Numbered from the stretch's first letter, positions 5,453 to 15,541 are shown. The stretch is DNA of 19,523 bases from Candidatus Altiarchaeota archaeon (GCA_043800705.1 JAZDMS010000037.1:1-19523); one strand, 5' to 3'. Made by a program: numbers and translations. Notes: generated from the letters alone by a model not told the origin.

Positions 5453-6442
5453 ATGTTGGGCCTGTTAGCTGTGCTGGCGGTCTCGTCGGCGTTCACTTTT
5501 GTGTCGGTTCCCTGGTTCATCGGGAGACTGAAGGCGGCGGGAATCACCGGCAGGGACATGAACAAGCCGGGTAACGTGGTCCTGCCCGAAATGGGGGGTT
5601 TCGCCATAGTCGGGGGCTTCATCGTCGGAGTCCTTTTCGCGATTTCGCTGACGACGTTCCACCGGATCACGGTCCCGTTGAATCTGACGGTCGTCTTGGC
5701 GGGTCTGTCCACTGTGCTTCTGACCGCCCTGATAGGGGTCATCGACGACCTGTTGAGGATTGATCAGCGTGTCAAGGCCGTCCTGCCCGTGTTCGCTGCG
5801 CTTCCCCTGGTTGCCGTCAGGTCCGGGGTTACGTCAGTTTATCTGCCGTATGTCGGCGTTGTGGATCTCTGGCTGCTGTATCCCCTTTTGCTGGTTCCTT
5901 TGGCGATTACGGGCGCCTCGAACGCGACCAACATGCTCGCCGGCTTCAACGGTTTGGAGGCGGGGTTGGGGGTCGTCATGTGTTCGACGATAGGTTTCGT
6001 GGCCTACCGTCTTGGGAACGCCGAGGCGATGGTCTTGTCGTTGGCGATGCTCGGAGCCCTCTTGGCGTTCCTTTGGTACAACTGGTACCCTTCCAAGATC
6101 CTGATCGGGGACGTGGGGACGCTCAGCATCGGAGCAGTCGTCGCGACTTCGGTCATCGTCGGCAACATCGAGAAGCTCGGGGTCATCCTGATCGCCCCGT
6201 TCTTTGTTGAGCTCTATCTGAAGGGCCGCGGGCGGATGAAGGAGCAGTCTTGGTGCAGGTTGAAGGGGAAGCTCCTGGTCTGCGACAAGAGGAAGGAGGT
6301 CTACGGCCTGGGCAGGCTTGTCATGTACGTCACAGGCGGGGTGTCGGAGAGGGGGCTTGTGCTGACGATCCTCTGTGTCGAGGCGGTTTTCGCAGCCGTA
6401 GGCTTGTATTCTTATTTCGGTGCGAACATATTCGGATTATGA
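5453..6442 (+). CDS. UDP-GlcNAc:dolichol/polyprenyl-phosphate GlcNAc-1-phosphotransferase (GPT/MraY/AglH-like)
   Basis: Polytopic membrane protein with motifs GRDMNKP, PEMGG, IGVIDD, NATNMLAGFNGLE and YNWYPSKILIGDVG. Confidence 0.93.
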   Translation: MLGLLAVLAVSSAFTFVSVPWFIGRLKAAGITGRDMNKPGNVVLPEMGGFAIVGGFIVGVLFAISLTTFHRITVPLNLTVVLAGLSTVLLTALIGVIDDLLRIDQRVKAVLPVFAALPLVAVRSGVTSVYLPYVGVVDLWLLYPLLLVPLAITGASNATNMLAGFNGLEAGLGVVMCSTIGFVAYRLGNAEAMVLSLAMLGALLAFLWYNWYPSKILIGDVGTLSIGAVVATSVIVGNIEKLGVILIAPFFVELYLKGRGRMKEQSWCRLKGKLLVCDKRKEVYGLGRLVMYVTGGVSERGLVLTILCVEAVFAAVGLYSYFGANIFGL

Positions 6443-7554
6443 AAGCGTGCATCGTCTCCAAGCATTTCTATCCGTTTTCCGGGGGTTTGGAGGCGAGGGT
6501 GTTTGATTTTGCCAGGTGGCTTTCTGCGAAGGGCGACGACGTTCTAATCGTTACATCCAGTGAGAGGGGGTCCTCCGCGGATGAGCTCGTCGAGGGTGTG
6601 CGCGTGAAGAGGTCGTCGGTCCTCGTCGACGTCTCTAACGCCCTAGTGGCGCCCGGAATATTCTTCGATCTCATGGGGGGGGAGTACGATTTTATAGACG
6701 TCAACCTCCCGGACCCTGTGGACTGCGCCTTCGCCTATGCGGCATCCGTCCTGAGGCGGAAGCCTTTGTTCGTCACGTATCATGCTGACATTCTGCGGCA
6801 GGGATGGGTCTATCTGCCGTTCAAGCTGCTCTATTTCCCATTCGAGAGGCTCGTCTTCAAAAGGGCGAAGATGATTTTCGTGACGTCGAAGGAGTATGCG
6901 GTCTCTTCGGAAGAGTTGAAGGGGTTCATGGAAAGGATCGTCGTCGCCCCGAATTTCGTCGACACGAAGAAGTATAGCACGGCTGTCGACGGTTCCAGGG
7001 TAAGAAAGGAGCTGGGTTTGGATGGGGGGAAGATGGTCCTGTTCGTTGGGAGGCTCGTCGAATACAAGGGGGTCGAGTACCTCTTAGAGGCTGCCAGGTC
7101 CCTGCCCCAACATACATTCGTTATCGCGGGATCAGGCTCATTGGAGGAGAGCCTGAGGAAAAAGGCGCAGGGGCTGTCCAACGTCGTATTCGCAGGCAAG
7201 GTGCCGGATGACATGCTCCCCTCATACTACGCAGCCTGCGACGTCTTCGTCCTGCCGTCCGTCACCCGCCAGGAGGCGTTCGGCATAGTCCTATTGGAGG
7301 CGATGGCCTGCGGGAAGCCGGTCGTCTCGACGAACTTCTCAGGGATGCCTTACGTCGTCGGCGACGGCGGCCTCCTCGTTGAGCCCAGGGATTCGAAGGC
7401 GCTGGCTGAAGCGATTCAAAATGTCCTAGGGGACGACAAACTGGCGAAGAAGCTCGGCGGCAACGGGCTCAAGAGGGTGAAGGAGCTCTTCGACAGGGTT
7501 GTCGTCTGCGCGAGAATAAGGGAGACGTACTCATCTGCGTTGAAGCCTGTATAG
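6439..7554 (+). CDS. Glycosyltransferase family 4 (GT-B)
   Basis: Start at ATG 6439 (ATGA overlap). Motifs FYPFSGGLE, LFVGRLVEYKG and EAFGIVLLEAMACGKPVV (EX7E). Confidence 0.93.
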   Translation: MKACIVSKHFYPFSGGLEARVFDFARWLSAKGDDVLIVTSSERGSSADELVEGVRVKRSSVLVDVSNALVAPGIFFDLMGGEYDFIDVNLPDPVDCAFAYAASVLRRKPLFVTYHADILRQGWVYLPFKLLYFPFERLVFKRAKMIFVTSKEYAVSSEELKGFMERIVVAPNFVDTKKYSTAVDGSRVRKELGLDGGKMVLFVGRLVEYKGVEYLLEAARSLPQHTFVIAGSGSLEESLRKKAQGLSNVVFAGKVPDDMLPSYYAACDVFVLPSVTRQEAFGIVLLEAMACGKPVVSTNFSGMPYVVGDGGLLVEPRDSKALAEAIQNVLGDDKLAKKLGGNGLKRVKELFDRVVVCARIRETYSSALKPV

Positions 7555-7589
7555 CCGATTTTATATCCTCATTCCTTTATGGTTTTATC

Positions 7590-8600
7590 ATGATAATCCA
7601 CAGCAGGGCCCCGGTTCGGATCAGCTTCGGAGGCGGCGGAAGCGACGTTTCCCCGTATACGGAGGAACATGGGGGTGCTGTTGTCAGTGCCACGATAAAC
7701 AAATACGCGTGGGGCAGCCTCGAAGCCAGGGACGACGGCCGCATCCTTTTGATGGACAGCCACAACAGGCCCGTGTCTTTCAAGTCGTTCAATGAGTTGC
7801 ATTATGGGACAAAAATGGACCTGCTGTCGGCGGTCGTCAAGAACATGCACAACTCCGAAGACGGCCTCAGCCTCAGGCTGAGGGGCGATGTGCCTCCCCG
7901 TTCCGGTCTCGGCTCTTCGGCGTCTGCTTTCGTCTCGCTCATCGGCCTGTTCAACCATTCTAGGAGGGAGGCGAGGATGACGGACTATGAGATCGCGGAG
8001 CTCGCATTCAGGCTGGAGAGGGAGGAGTTGGGCAACAAGGGCGGCCGCCAGGACCAGTATGCTTCCACCTTCGGGGGGATGAATTTCATCGAGTTTCGCG
8101 GCGACGATTTCGTCAGGGTGAATCCGGTCAGGATGAAGCGGGAGCATCTTTTGGAGCTGGAGAAGAATCTCATATTGGTCCACGTCATGGAGAGGAAGAA
8201 GTCGGGGGACATCATAGCGGACCAGACGAAGAGTTACCTCGAGGGGAAGAAGTCCGTTGTCGACGCCCTGCACGCGGTCAAGGGTCTTGCGGAGGAGATC
8301 CACAAAGCATTGAGGAAGGGCGACCTTAACCGGTTCGGGGAGCTTCTGAACGAGGGCTGGTTGCAGAAGAAGAGGTTCAGCCCTATGATCACCAACAGGC
8401 ACCTGGACCGCATATATGCCCTGGCTTTGAGAAGCGGCGCCATCGGAGGCAAGATCAACGGCGCAGGAGGCGGAGGACACATGATCTTCTACGCTGAAAG
8501 CGGCAGGGAGGAGGACGTCATGCGCGCATTGACGAATGCCGGCGCCTACGTGCGCAGCTTCAGCCTGGACATGGACGGACTGCAGACGTGGGAGGTGTGA
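7590..8600 (+). CDS. hddA: GHMP-family sugar kinase, D-glycero-D-manno-heptose-7-phosphate kinase (HddA)-like
   Basis: Motifs RAPVRISFGGGGSDV, PPRSGLGSSAS, GGRQDQYASTFGG and GGKINGAGGGG. A TATA-like TTTTATAT lies about 24 nt upstream. Confidence 0.85.
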   Translation: MIIHSRAPVRISFGGGGSDVSPYTEEHGGAVVSATINKYAWGSLEARDDGRILLMDSHNRPVSFKSFNELHYGTKMDLLSAVVKNMHNSEDGLSLRLRGDVPPRSGLGSSASAFVSLIGLFNHSRREARMTDYEIAELAFRLEREELGNKGGRQDQYASTFGGMNFIEFRGDDFVRVNPVRMKREHLLELEKNLILVHVMERKKSGDIIADQTKSYLEGKKSVVDALHAVKGLAEEIHKALRKGDLNRFGELLNEGWLQKKRFSPMITNRHLDRIYALALRSGAIGGKINGAGGGGHMIFYAESGREEDVMRALTNAGAYVRSFSLDMDGLQTWEV

Positions 8601-8602
8601 GC

Positions 8603-9757
8603 TTGAGGCTCGCATACGTCTGCCAGTACTTCACGAGGGAGTACGGGGGCCCCGTGACGAATCTGATGCATGAGCTTTCGAAGTCCGTCGACGTCGTCAA
8701 CTACTCCTACGTCGGGAAACACATGCAGTATTACAAAGGCGGAAGGCATGAGAAGACGGTGGAGAGGGTCGATGACAGGCTCACACTGAAAAGGTACGAG
8801 GCGTGGCTCAGGCTTTCCGGATTGATAGTCCCGTCAGGCCTTGGGGGGATGCTGGCTGAAGACAGGCCGGACGTGGTCCAGTCCGAGGAATACTATCAGC
8901 CGGCGTCCAGGATCGCGTTCAGATACGCCAAGAAGAATAGGGTGCCGTTCATCTTCAACCACAGGCTGAGCGAGGCGAGGACGAGGACGCTGAGGGACAG
9001 GGCGTTCTTCGCGTTCGCGAATCCGTATTGCAGGGACCTCGTCAAAGGCGCCGACGCCGTAGTATGCCTTTCGGAGGCCGGGAAGAAGGTCCTGTGCGAC
9101 GTCTATCCCGAGGCAGCGGACAAGGTCAGGATCATACCGAACTCCATCGACCCAAGCCGGTATTCCGGCGGCGAGGGCATTGGCTTCAGGCAGGAGAACA
9201 ACATCCCCGAGGATGCGCCTCTTCTTCTGGCAGTGGCCAGGCTCCATCCGCAGAAGAGGATAGACCTGCTCGTGAAGGCGTTCGCAGAGGTCAAACACCG
9301 GAACAGGGATGCGGTGCTCTGCGTCGTCGGGCCGTGGTTCGTCGAAGAGAAGAGGAAGGTCGACTCCCTTGTCAGGGAGCTGAGGGTGGAGGATGTCCTG
9401 TTCACGGGGCCGATCCCGAACCAGAGGGTGAAGGACGCATACGCGGCATGCGACGTCGTCGGATTCACATCCGAGTATGAGCCCTTCGGCTACAGCCTCC
9501 TTGAGGCGATGGCCTGCGCTAAGCCCGTCGTCGCCTTCGGCATCGGCGCCGTCTCGGAGATCGTCGAGGACTCGATTACCGGCCACATAGTCCCCTTCGC
9601 AGACGTGAAAGGCTTCGCAGAAAAGGCTGGCGGGCTTTGTTGCGACAGGCAGCTTGCGAAAAGGATGGGCGACGCCGGATTTGCCAGGGTTTGCGACAAA
9701 TTCAATTTGCGCCTTAACTCCGAAAGGTTGGTGAGGATCTACGGCGAGGTCGCATAG
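8603..9757 (+). CDS. Glycosyltransferase family 4 (GT-B)
   Basis: TTG 8603 follows a GGAGGTG Shine-Dalgarno motif (alternative start GTG 8597). Motifs VARLHPQKR and EPFGYSLLEAMACAKPVV. Confidence 0.92.
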   Translation: MRLAYVCQYFTREYGGPVTNLMHELSKSVDVVNYSYVGKHMQYYKGGRHEKTVERVDDRLTLKRYEAWLRLSGLIVPSGLGGMLAEDRPDVVQSEEYYQPASRIAFRYAKKNRVPFIFNHRLSEARTRTLRDRAFFAFANPYCRDLVKGADAVVCLSEAGKKVLCDVYPEAADKVRIIPNSIDPSRYSGGEGIGFRQENNIPEDAPLLLAVARLHPQKRIDLLVKAFAEVKHRNRDAVLCVVGPWFVEEKRKVDSLVRELRVEDVLFTGPIPNQRVKDAYAACDVVGFTSEYEPFGYSLLEAMACAKPVVAFGIGAVSEIVEDSITGHIVPFADVKGFAEKAGGLCCDRQLAKRMGDAGFARVCDKFNLRLNSERLVRIYGEVA

Positions 9758-11296
9758 GTGGAACCGGATTTCTCCCTTAAGGATGCGATGCTGAAAGCCA
9801 GCACGGTGCTCATCGCCTCCATGGTGGCGGGGAAGGCGCTCGGGTACGCATACCATTTCATGTTCGTGCGCCTGTTCACCCAGGACCAATACGGCCTGTT
9901 CATATACGCATGGTCGATGGCATTGTTCCTTTGCGGGCTTCTGATCCCGAACATCCCCGCTGCGGTGACGAGGTATGTGGCATATCGCCGGGGAAGATCC
10001 GACGAGAAGGGAGTCCGTTCAGCGACCTGGACCGGGATCGTCATCAACGCCCTGTTCGGAATTGTGGCAGCTGTCCTCTTTTCCCTTGCATACGTTACGG
10101 GACTGACCGGCCTCGATCTAGCCATGTTCGGCTTCATCCTTGCGATAATGCTCCTCAACTCGCAGTCCAGCCTCATATCCGCGATAATAGCCGGGCACAG
10201 GAGGCCTGAGGTCTCCTCGCTATTCGCCCTGGTACTGCAGGCATTGAGGATAGCTGCGGTCCTCTTAGCAGCCTACATTGCCGCCAGCCTCGGCGGCCTC
10301 TACCTGTATACGGTGGCGATTTTCATCTTGTTTCTCGCATTTCTTGTCGCCTACGGGCGTTCGGCGTTCGGCTTCGGCGGGGGGTTCGACTACAAGCTGG
10401 CTAAGAGGATGTCCATCTTCGGCATATACACGGTATTCTATGTGACTGCGAACAATCTCCTGTCCTTGTTCAGCATCTTCTTCATCAAATACTACATGTC
10501 CGCGGAATCTGTGGCCGTCTACAACATCGCGTCGCTGGCTTCGACCGTGAACCTCGTGTTCTTCTACGCAGTCCTGCAAATTTTCAATCCAGTCGTCACT
10601 GAACTTCTCGGAGCGAGGAAGACCAAGAGGGCGGTATTTCTGACCTCGTATATGCTGGAGTCATTCTTCCTGCTCTTCCTCCCCGTCTTCGCCCTCACGG
10701 TCGTCTTCGCGAGGGAGATTCTCACCATATTCTTCACCGCAGCCTACGCTGAGGGAACGGTTCCCCTCCAGATCCTGGCGTTCGGCGGATTCATGACAGG
10801 CGTCTACCTAATCTTCGTCGAGCTCACTGCAGCAGGGGGGAGGCCGCAGCTGAACGCGAGGGCGTTCGGCGCCGGAGCGGCTGCGCAGATACTCTTGAAC
10901 GTGATATTGGTCCCCTTGTATGGTATGGTGGGGGCGGCGATTGCGACCGTCACCTCTTCCACCATAATCTTCCTTATCTCATACGCCAACGTGAGGACCA
11001 TCCTGAGGCCATCAATTTCGGGAAGGAGGCTTGTGAAGATCGTGTTGGCGTCCGTCGCATGCATAGCCATCGTTCTTGCCGTCAGGCATGCTGATATGCC
11101 GATATATGCGACGATCGCCGCCTCCGCATTCCTTGCAGCGTTTGCCTATGCATCCTGCATTATCGCGTTGAAGGCTCTCCGCAAGGAGGACGTCTCCCTG
11201 GCGGATGCCGTGATGGAGAAATCACGGCTTCCGGAGGGTATCCGGGGACTTGTCGATAGGGTGCTGGCATCCGGAGTCCAGCAGGTTTCCCCGTAG
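9758..11296 (+). CDS. Oligosaccharide flippase (MOP/Wzx family)
   Basis: About 14 hydrophobic segments, LFTQDQYGLF, VAVYNIA and LNVILVPLYGMVGAAIAT motifs, and a glycosylation-locus context. Confidence 0.9.
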   Translation: MEPDFSLKDAMLKASTVLIASMVAGKALGYAYHFMFVRLFTQDQYGLFIYAWSMALFLCGLLIPNIPAAVTRYVAYRRGRSDEKGVRSATWTGIVINALFGIVAAVLFSLAYVTGLTGLDLAMFGFILAIMLLNSQSSLISAIIAGHRRPEVSSLFALVLQALRIAAVLLAAYIAASLGGLYLYTVAIFILFLAFLVAYGRSAFGFGGGFDYKLAKRMSIFGIYTVFYVTANNLLSLFSIFFIKYYMSAESVAVYNIASLASTVNLVFFYAVLQIFNPVVTELLGARKTKRAVFLTSYMLESFFLLFLPVFALTVVFAREILTIFFTAAYAEGTVPLQILAFGGFMTGVYLIFVELTAAGGRPQLNARAFGAGAAAQILLNVILVPLYGMVGAAIATVTSSTIIFLISYANVRTILRPSISGRRLVKIVLASVACIAIVLAVRHADMPIYATIAASAFLAAFAYASCIIALKALRKEDVSLADAVMEKSRLPEGIRGLVDRVLASGVQQVSP

Positions 11297-11343
11297 AATG
11301 CGGATGCGGGGATGTGCAGGGGGAGGGTTTAGGGCTTATGTGA

Positions 11344-12474
11344 TTATCGCGTCTCCAATGCTTCGCGATAGATTTTGAGCGTCTGTTCGGCGGTGCGCTC
11401 CCAGGAGAATCCTTCGGCAGTTTTCCTCGCGTTGGCTCCCATCCGCTCAAGCCCGTATCCCATGGCCTTCTTCACCTTGTCGGCTATGTCTTTGCCGTCC
11501 CGCTCTATGAAGTGGCCGTTGTAACCGTCCTCTATCAGCTCTTCGGTGCCGTTGACCTTGGTTGCGATGACCGGCAGCCCGGAGGCAGCCGCCTCAAGCG
11601 TCGATAGGCTGAATGCCTCATATGCTGTGGGGAAGACGAACGCGTCTGCCGCGGCATAGTATTCCTTCACGTTCTTCGAGTGGCCGGTGAATATCACGCG
11701 GTCCTTGACGCCAAGCCTTTCGGCCAGGTTACGATACGGGGTCGGGTCTTCGCCGCCGACTGCCGCCAGCTTAACGTCGTCCGGCAGGTGGGGCAGCGCC
11801 TCGATTATATGGCGCAGCCCCTTGCGTTTGAACTCCCATGCCGTGAAGACCAGCAGGACTTGTCCTTCCCTAACCCCCAAACGCCCGCGCACGGGCAGCC
11901 TGTACTCGGCCCTCATCGAGGGGTTGAATTCTTCGAGGTCGACGCCGTTGGGTATCGAAGTCACCCTCTCCTGCGCGACGCCGTACAGGTCCATGAGCTC
12001 CCGTTTGACGCCCTCGGATACTGCTATGATCCTCTTGCACCCGTCCGGGGCTACGTTCAGCTTCTCTATCGCCATCACTATGTTGCTTGTCGGCTCGAAT
12101 GGTTTAAGCATGTCGTAGATGCCGCCTCTGACCAGCCTCATCTGACTCACGGCGGCTTTCTGGCAGCTGTGTGCCGTGACGACGTCGGGTCGCAGGTATT
12201 CGACGCCCTGGCCGTGCATCAACTCGACGATTCCCTCCCTCTTCAGCTTCCTCCCGACGTTCGTGTTCACATAGGCTGACGTGGCCACCTTCAGGGAGGT
12301 GGGATGCCAGATTATCCGGCTCTTATGGATGACCGTCCCCCGAACGGCATAGTTGACCTTTGCGCTCAGCAGGTGGATTTCATGCTCCCTTGAGAATCTT
12401 TCTGCAAGCTCCGAGACGTATCTGGATATCCCCCCCTGCTTGTCCAAGACATTGGACGTAATGCCCACCCTCAT
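11344..12474 (-). CDS. Glycosyltransferase family 4 (GT-B)
   Basis: Motifs GGISRY, IPNGVD, FKRKGL and YEAFSLSTLEAAASGLPVI. Confidence 0.93.
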   Translation of the reverse strand: MRVGITSNVLDKQGGISRYVSELAERFSREHEIHLLSAKVNYAVRGTVIHKSRIIWHPTSLKVATSAYVNTNVGRKLKREGIVELMHGQGVEYLRPDVVTAHSCQKAAVSQMRLVRGGIYDMLKPFEPTSNIVMAIEKLNVAPDGCKRIIAVSEGVKRELMDLYGVAQERVTSIPNGVDLEEFNPSMRAEYRLPVRGRLGVREGQVLLVFTAWEFKRKGLRHIIEALPHLPDDVKLAAVGGEDPTPYRNLAERLGVKDRVIFTGHSKNVKEYYAAADAFVFPTAYEAFSLSTLEAAASGLPVIATKVNGTEELIEDGYNGHFIERDGKDIADKVKKAMGYGLERMGANARKTAEGFSWERTAEQTLKIYREALETR

Positions 12475-13643
12475 CGTATTACCCCCTTGAAGACCTTGAT
12501 CGTTTCATCCACCATCCCATCCCTGCTGAACGTCTCCTTTACGGTTTTCCTTGCATTCGCGCCAAGCCTAGCTGCCAGTCCGTTATCCGTGAGGAGGAAC
12601 CCGAGCTTTTCTCCAAGCTCGCCGACGTCGCCTGGCTTTACCAATAGACCGTTTTCCCCGTCTTTGATGACTGTGGGAATGCCGCCGATGTCGGATGCGA
12701 TGACCGGCTTGCCGCAAGCCATCGACTCGAGCTCTATCAGAGGTAGCCCCTCGACCCGAATCGTGGGTATGACGAATATGTCGGCTGCGTTGTAGTATTC
12801 TTTAAGCCTTTCGTGGGGGATCCTGCCCTCGAAGACCACGCAATCCATCAGGCGAAGACCCGCTGTGAGCTGTTCAAGTTCGCGTCTGTATGGGCCGTCC
12901 CCGCCGACTATCAGCACCGTATCAGGCTCTTTGTCAATGGTCTTCGCCAGCGCCTTTATGAGGTATTGTATGCCTTTCTGCCTATGCAGGACAGACGCCG
13001 TGAAGATTATCTTTTTCCCCCTGAAGCGGTCCCGTATCCTGCTTTTTTCCGGCTTGAATTCTTCGGTGTCTACGCCGTTGTAGACCGTCTTCACCTGCTC
13101 GGGGCTTATCCCGAACTCTTTGGGGATCAGCTGCGCCAACTCCCTGCTGATGGCTATCACCGCCTCGCTTTCCCTGACCTGCTGCTTGGTCCGGAAATGG
13201 TGGTTGAACGTGTGGAAAGCGATCTTCGGCAGGAGCATCCGGCTGAAGCCCTGCCTGAGGTTGCTGCCGATCTCGGTCTGGGCGGTCCCGTGAATGGTCG
13301 TCACGAGGGGGATCCCAAGCTTCTTCTTGAACCCGTCCTTCACGTAGTAGGACGCCGAGAATGACTGGCTGTGTACGACGTCGAATGGTTTGATTGAGTG
13401 CAACTCCCGCAGCTTCTCCAACGCCTTCCGCCCCATCGGCCTCTTGCTCGTCGGCTCCTCGTCGATGTAGTGTATTTCGACGCCGTCCTTCCGCTCCTGT
13501 TTCAGTCCCGCAGGATGCCTCGTCGTTATCACGACGACTTCGTGGCCCGCTGCCGCGACACCCTTAGCCAGGTCCCATGCGTGTATCTCCATGCCTCCGG
13601 TGGCGTGGACCGGCAGCATCATCGCGAACATGCAGACTCTCAT
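12471..13643 (-). CDS. Glycosyltransferase family 4 (GT-B)
   Basis: Start at ATG 13643 (ATGA overlap with the asnB-like stop). Motifs GGMEIH, VYNGVD and EGLPLIELESMACGKPVI. Confidence 0.93.
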   Translation of the reverse strand: MRVCMFAMMLPVHATGGMEIHAWDLAKGVAAAGHEVVVITTRHPAGLKQERKDGVEIHYIDEEPTSKRPMGRKALEKLRELHSIKPFDVVHSQSFSASYYVKDGFKKKLGIPLVTTIHGTAQTEIGSNLRQGFSRMLLPKIAFHTFNHHFRTKQQVRESEAVIAISRELAQLIPKEFGISPEQVKTVYNGVDTEEFKPEKSRIRDRFRGKKIIFTASVLHRQKGIQYLIKALAKTIDKEPDTVLIVGGDGPYRRELEQLTAGLRLMDCVVFEGRIPHERLKEYYNAADIFVIPTIRVEGLPLIELESMACGKPVIASDIGGIPTVIKDGENGLLVKPGDVGELGEKLGFLLTDNGLAARLGANARKTVKETFSRDGMVDETIKVFKGVIR

Positions 13644-15499
13644 CGTTGCTCCCTCAGGTATATCCTGTTCCACTCCTCCAGCATCAGGAGGCCGAATATC
13701 TTCGTCGAGACCCTGAAGTCGCCGCGCTTGGCAAGGAGCTTCGCGAGGTATACTTTGTCATAGTATTTCGATGCCATCGAGTCGGGGGATGCGAGGGATT
13801 GTTCCGTGTATTCCCAGAGCTCCTCGAAAAGCCATTGGTCAGTGGGGACGGTGAATCCGCGTTTTCTGCGCGCGACTATCTGGCGCGGCAGAAGGTCGCC
13901 GACCGCCTTACGCAGGACGTATTTCTCAGTCCATCCGTTTAGCTTGTATTCTGGGGGGATCGTGAAGCAGTATTCCGCAAGGACGTGGTCGAGGAACGGG
14001 GCCCTCGCCTCCAGGGAATGCGTCATGCTAACCCTGTCGAACTGGCCCATGCAGTCGTCGGAGAGCCAGCCCTTCATGTCAGTGTACAGGAGTCGGTTGA
14101 GGAAGTCTTCCGTCTTCTTCTCGTAGAAGTTTTTCCTGGCGATCCCGTGCGGGTCGTTTTCTCCGGTCTGCGCCTTGAATGCGCGATTGACAAGGAGGGT
14201 CTTTTCGTCGTCTGGGAACATCTGCCCCTGGCCTTCGTAATAGCAGCCCCCCTCCGGGGACGAGGCGTATTCGAGGTATTTCCCCGCCCTGCGGGGGATG
14301 GCTCCAAATCCCGCCAGAGGTTTAAGGACTGCCTGTCTGAGGGGCTGCGGGAGGCTCTTGCGGATCCGCTCAGCCATCATCGAGTATTTGTATGCCCTGT
14401 ATCCCGCGAAGACCTCGTCGCTGCCTCCGCCGCCGAACGCCACGGTTACGTTCTTTCTCGTGAACTCGCAGAGGAAATGCAGAGGTATGAGGGCGGGGTC
14501 GCCGATGGGCTCGTCGAGGTGCCATGAGATCTTGTCCAGCCCCCCGATCACCTGGTTGGCGGATGCCGTTATCTCGTGGTGTTCGGTGGATAGGTGTTCG
14601 GCAACCTGTCTGGCGTATCCGGTCTCGTCCACGCCTTCGCACCCGTAACCGATCGAGAACGTCTTCACAGGCTCTGTCGCGGTCTGGCTCATGAGGGCGA
14701 CGAGTGCGCTCGAGTCCAATCCTCCGGAGAGGAAAGCCCCGAGGGGGACGTCGCTCATGAGGCGCAGCCGCACCGACTCCTTAAGGAGGGACAGGACACG
14801 GGAGGTCGCCTCGTTCAGCGTCTGGCCCTTCACTTCGAGGCTCGGGTCCCAGTATCTCTCCGTGACGATCCCGTCCTTCGTGACGGTCATCGAATGCGCA
14901 GGCATGAGCTTCGATATGCCCCGTATCATCGTCCTCGGCGCAGGCACGTATTGCAGGGAGAGATAGTTGTCGACGGAGACCGGGTCCATCACCCTCTTGA
15001 ATCCCGGAATCCTCAGCAATGCCTTCATCTCCGAGCCGAAATAGAACGCGCCCCCGTATTCGGCGTAATACAGCGGCTTCTTGCCGAAGCGGTCCCTCGC
15101 GAGGAAGAGGCTCCGTTTCTTCGAGTCCCATACGGCGAACGCGAACATCCCCCTGAACCTTTTCACGCAATCCTTCCCGTATTCCTCGTATGCGTGGACT
15201 AAGACTTCGGTGTCGGTGTCGCTTCTGAACCTGTGGCCCTTTGCCTCCAGAGCCTCCTTCAGCTCCCTGAAGTTGTATATCTCGCCGTTGTAGGTGACCT
15301 GGACGGTCCCGTCCTCGTTGCCCATCGGCTGATGCCCGCGAGGGCTGAGGTCGATGATGGACAGGCGCAGGTGGCCGAGGCTTATTCCGCGGTCGAAGTA
15401 GGTCCCTGAGTCGTCGGGGCCCCTGTGCCGCATCGAATCCATCATGGATTTGACCAATTCACGGTCTTCCACACCCAATATCCCGCATATGCCGCACAT
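13640..15499 (-). CDS. asnB: Asparagine synthase (glutamine-hydrolysing) family amidotransferase, probably glycan-modifying
   Basis: N-terminal MCGICG Ntn nucleophile and motifs HRGPD, RLSIIDL, YNGEIYN, ARDRFGKKPLYY, LSGGLDSS, EARAPFLD and RRKRGF. Confidence 0.92.
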   Translation of the reverse strand: MCGICGILGVEDRELVKSMMDSMRHRGPDDSGTYFDRGISLGHLRLSIIDLSPRGHQPMGNEDGTVQVTYNGEIYNFRELKEALEAKGHRFRSDTDTEVLVHAYEEYGKDCVKRFRGMFAFAVWDSKKRSLFLARDRFGKKPLYYAEYGGAFYFGSEMKALLRIPGFKRVMDPVSVDNYLSLQYVPAPRTMIRGISKLMPAHSMTVTKDGIVTERYWDPSLEVKGQTLNEATSRVLSLLKESVRLRLMSDVPLGAFLSGGLDSSALVALMSQTATEPVKTFSIGYGCEGVDETGYARQVAEHLSTEHHEITASANQVIGGLDKISWHLDEPIGDPALIPLHFLCEFTRKNVTVAFGGGGSDEVFAGYRAYKYSMMAERIRKSLPQPLRQAVLKPLAGFGAIPRRAGKYLEYASSPEGGCYYEGQGQMFPDDEKTLLVNRAFKAQTGENDPHGIARKNFYEKKTEDFLNRLLYTDMKGWLSDDCMGQFDRVSMTHSLEARAPFLDHVLAEYCFTIPPEYKLNGWTEKYVLRKAVGDLLPRQIVARRKRGFTVPTDQWLFEELWEYTEQSLASPDSMASKYYDKVYLAKLLAKRGDFRVSTKIFGLLMLEEWNRIYLREQR

Positions 15500-15541
15500 G
15501 ATATCCTACATTACTATGCAGTGGTTAAAACCTTGAGCGAT

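Noticed and set aside
5407-5742. N-terminal extension of the DUF2179 ORF
   Set aside because: It is antisense to the GPT gene. Family similarity starts near ATG 5406.
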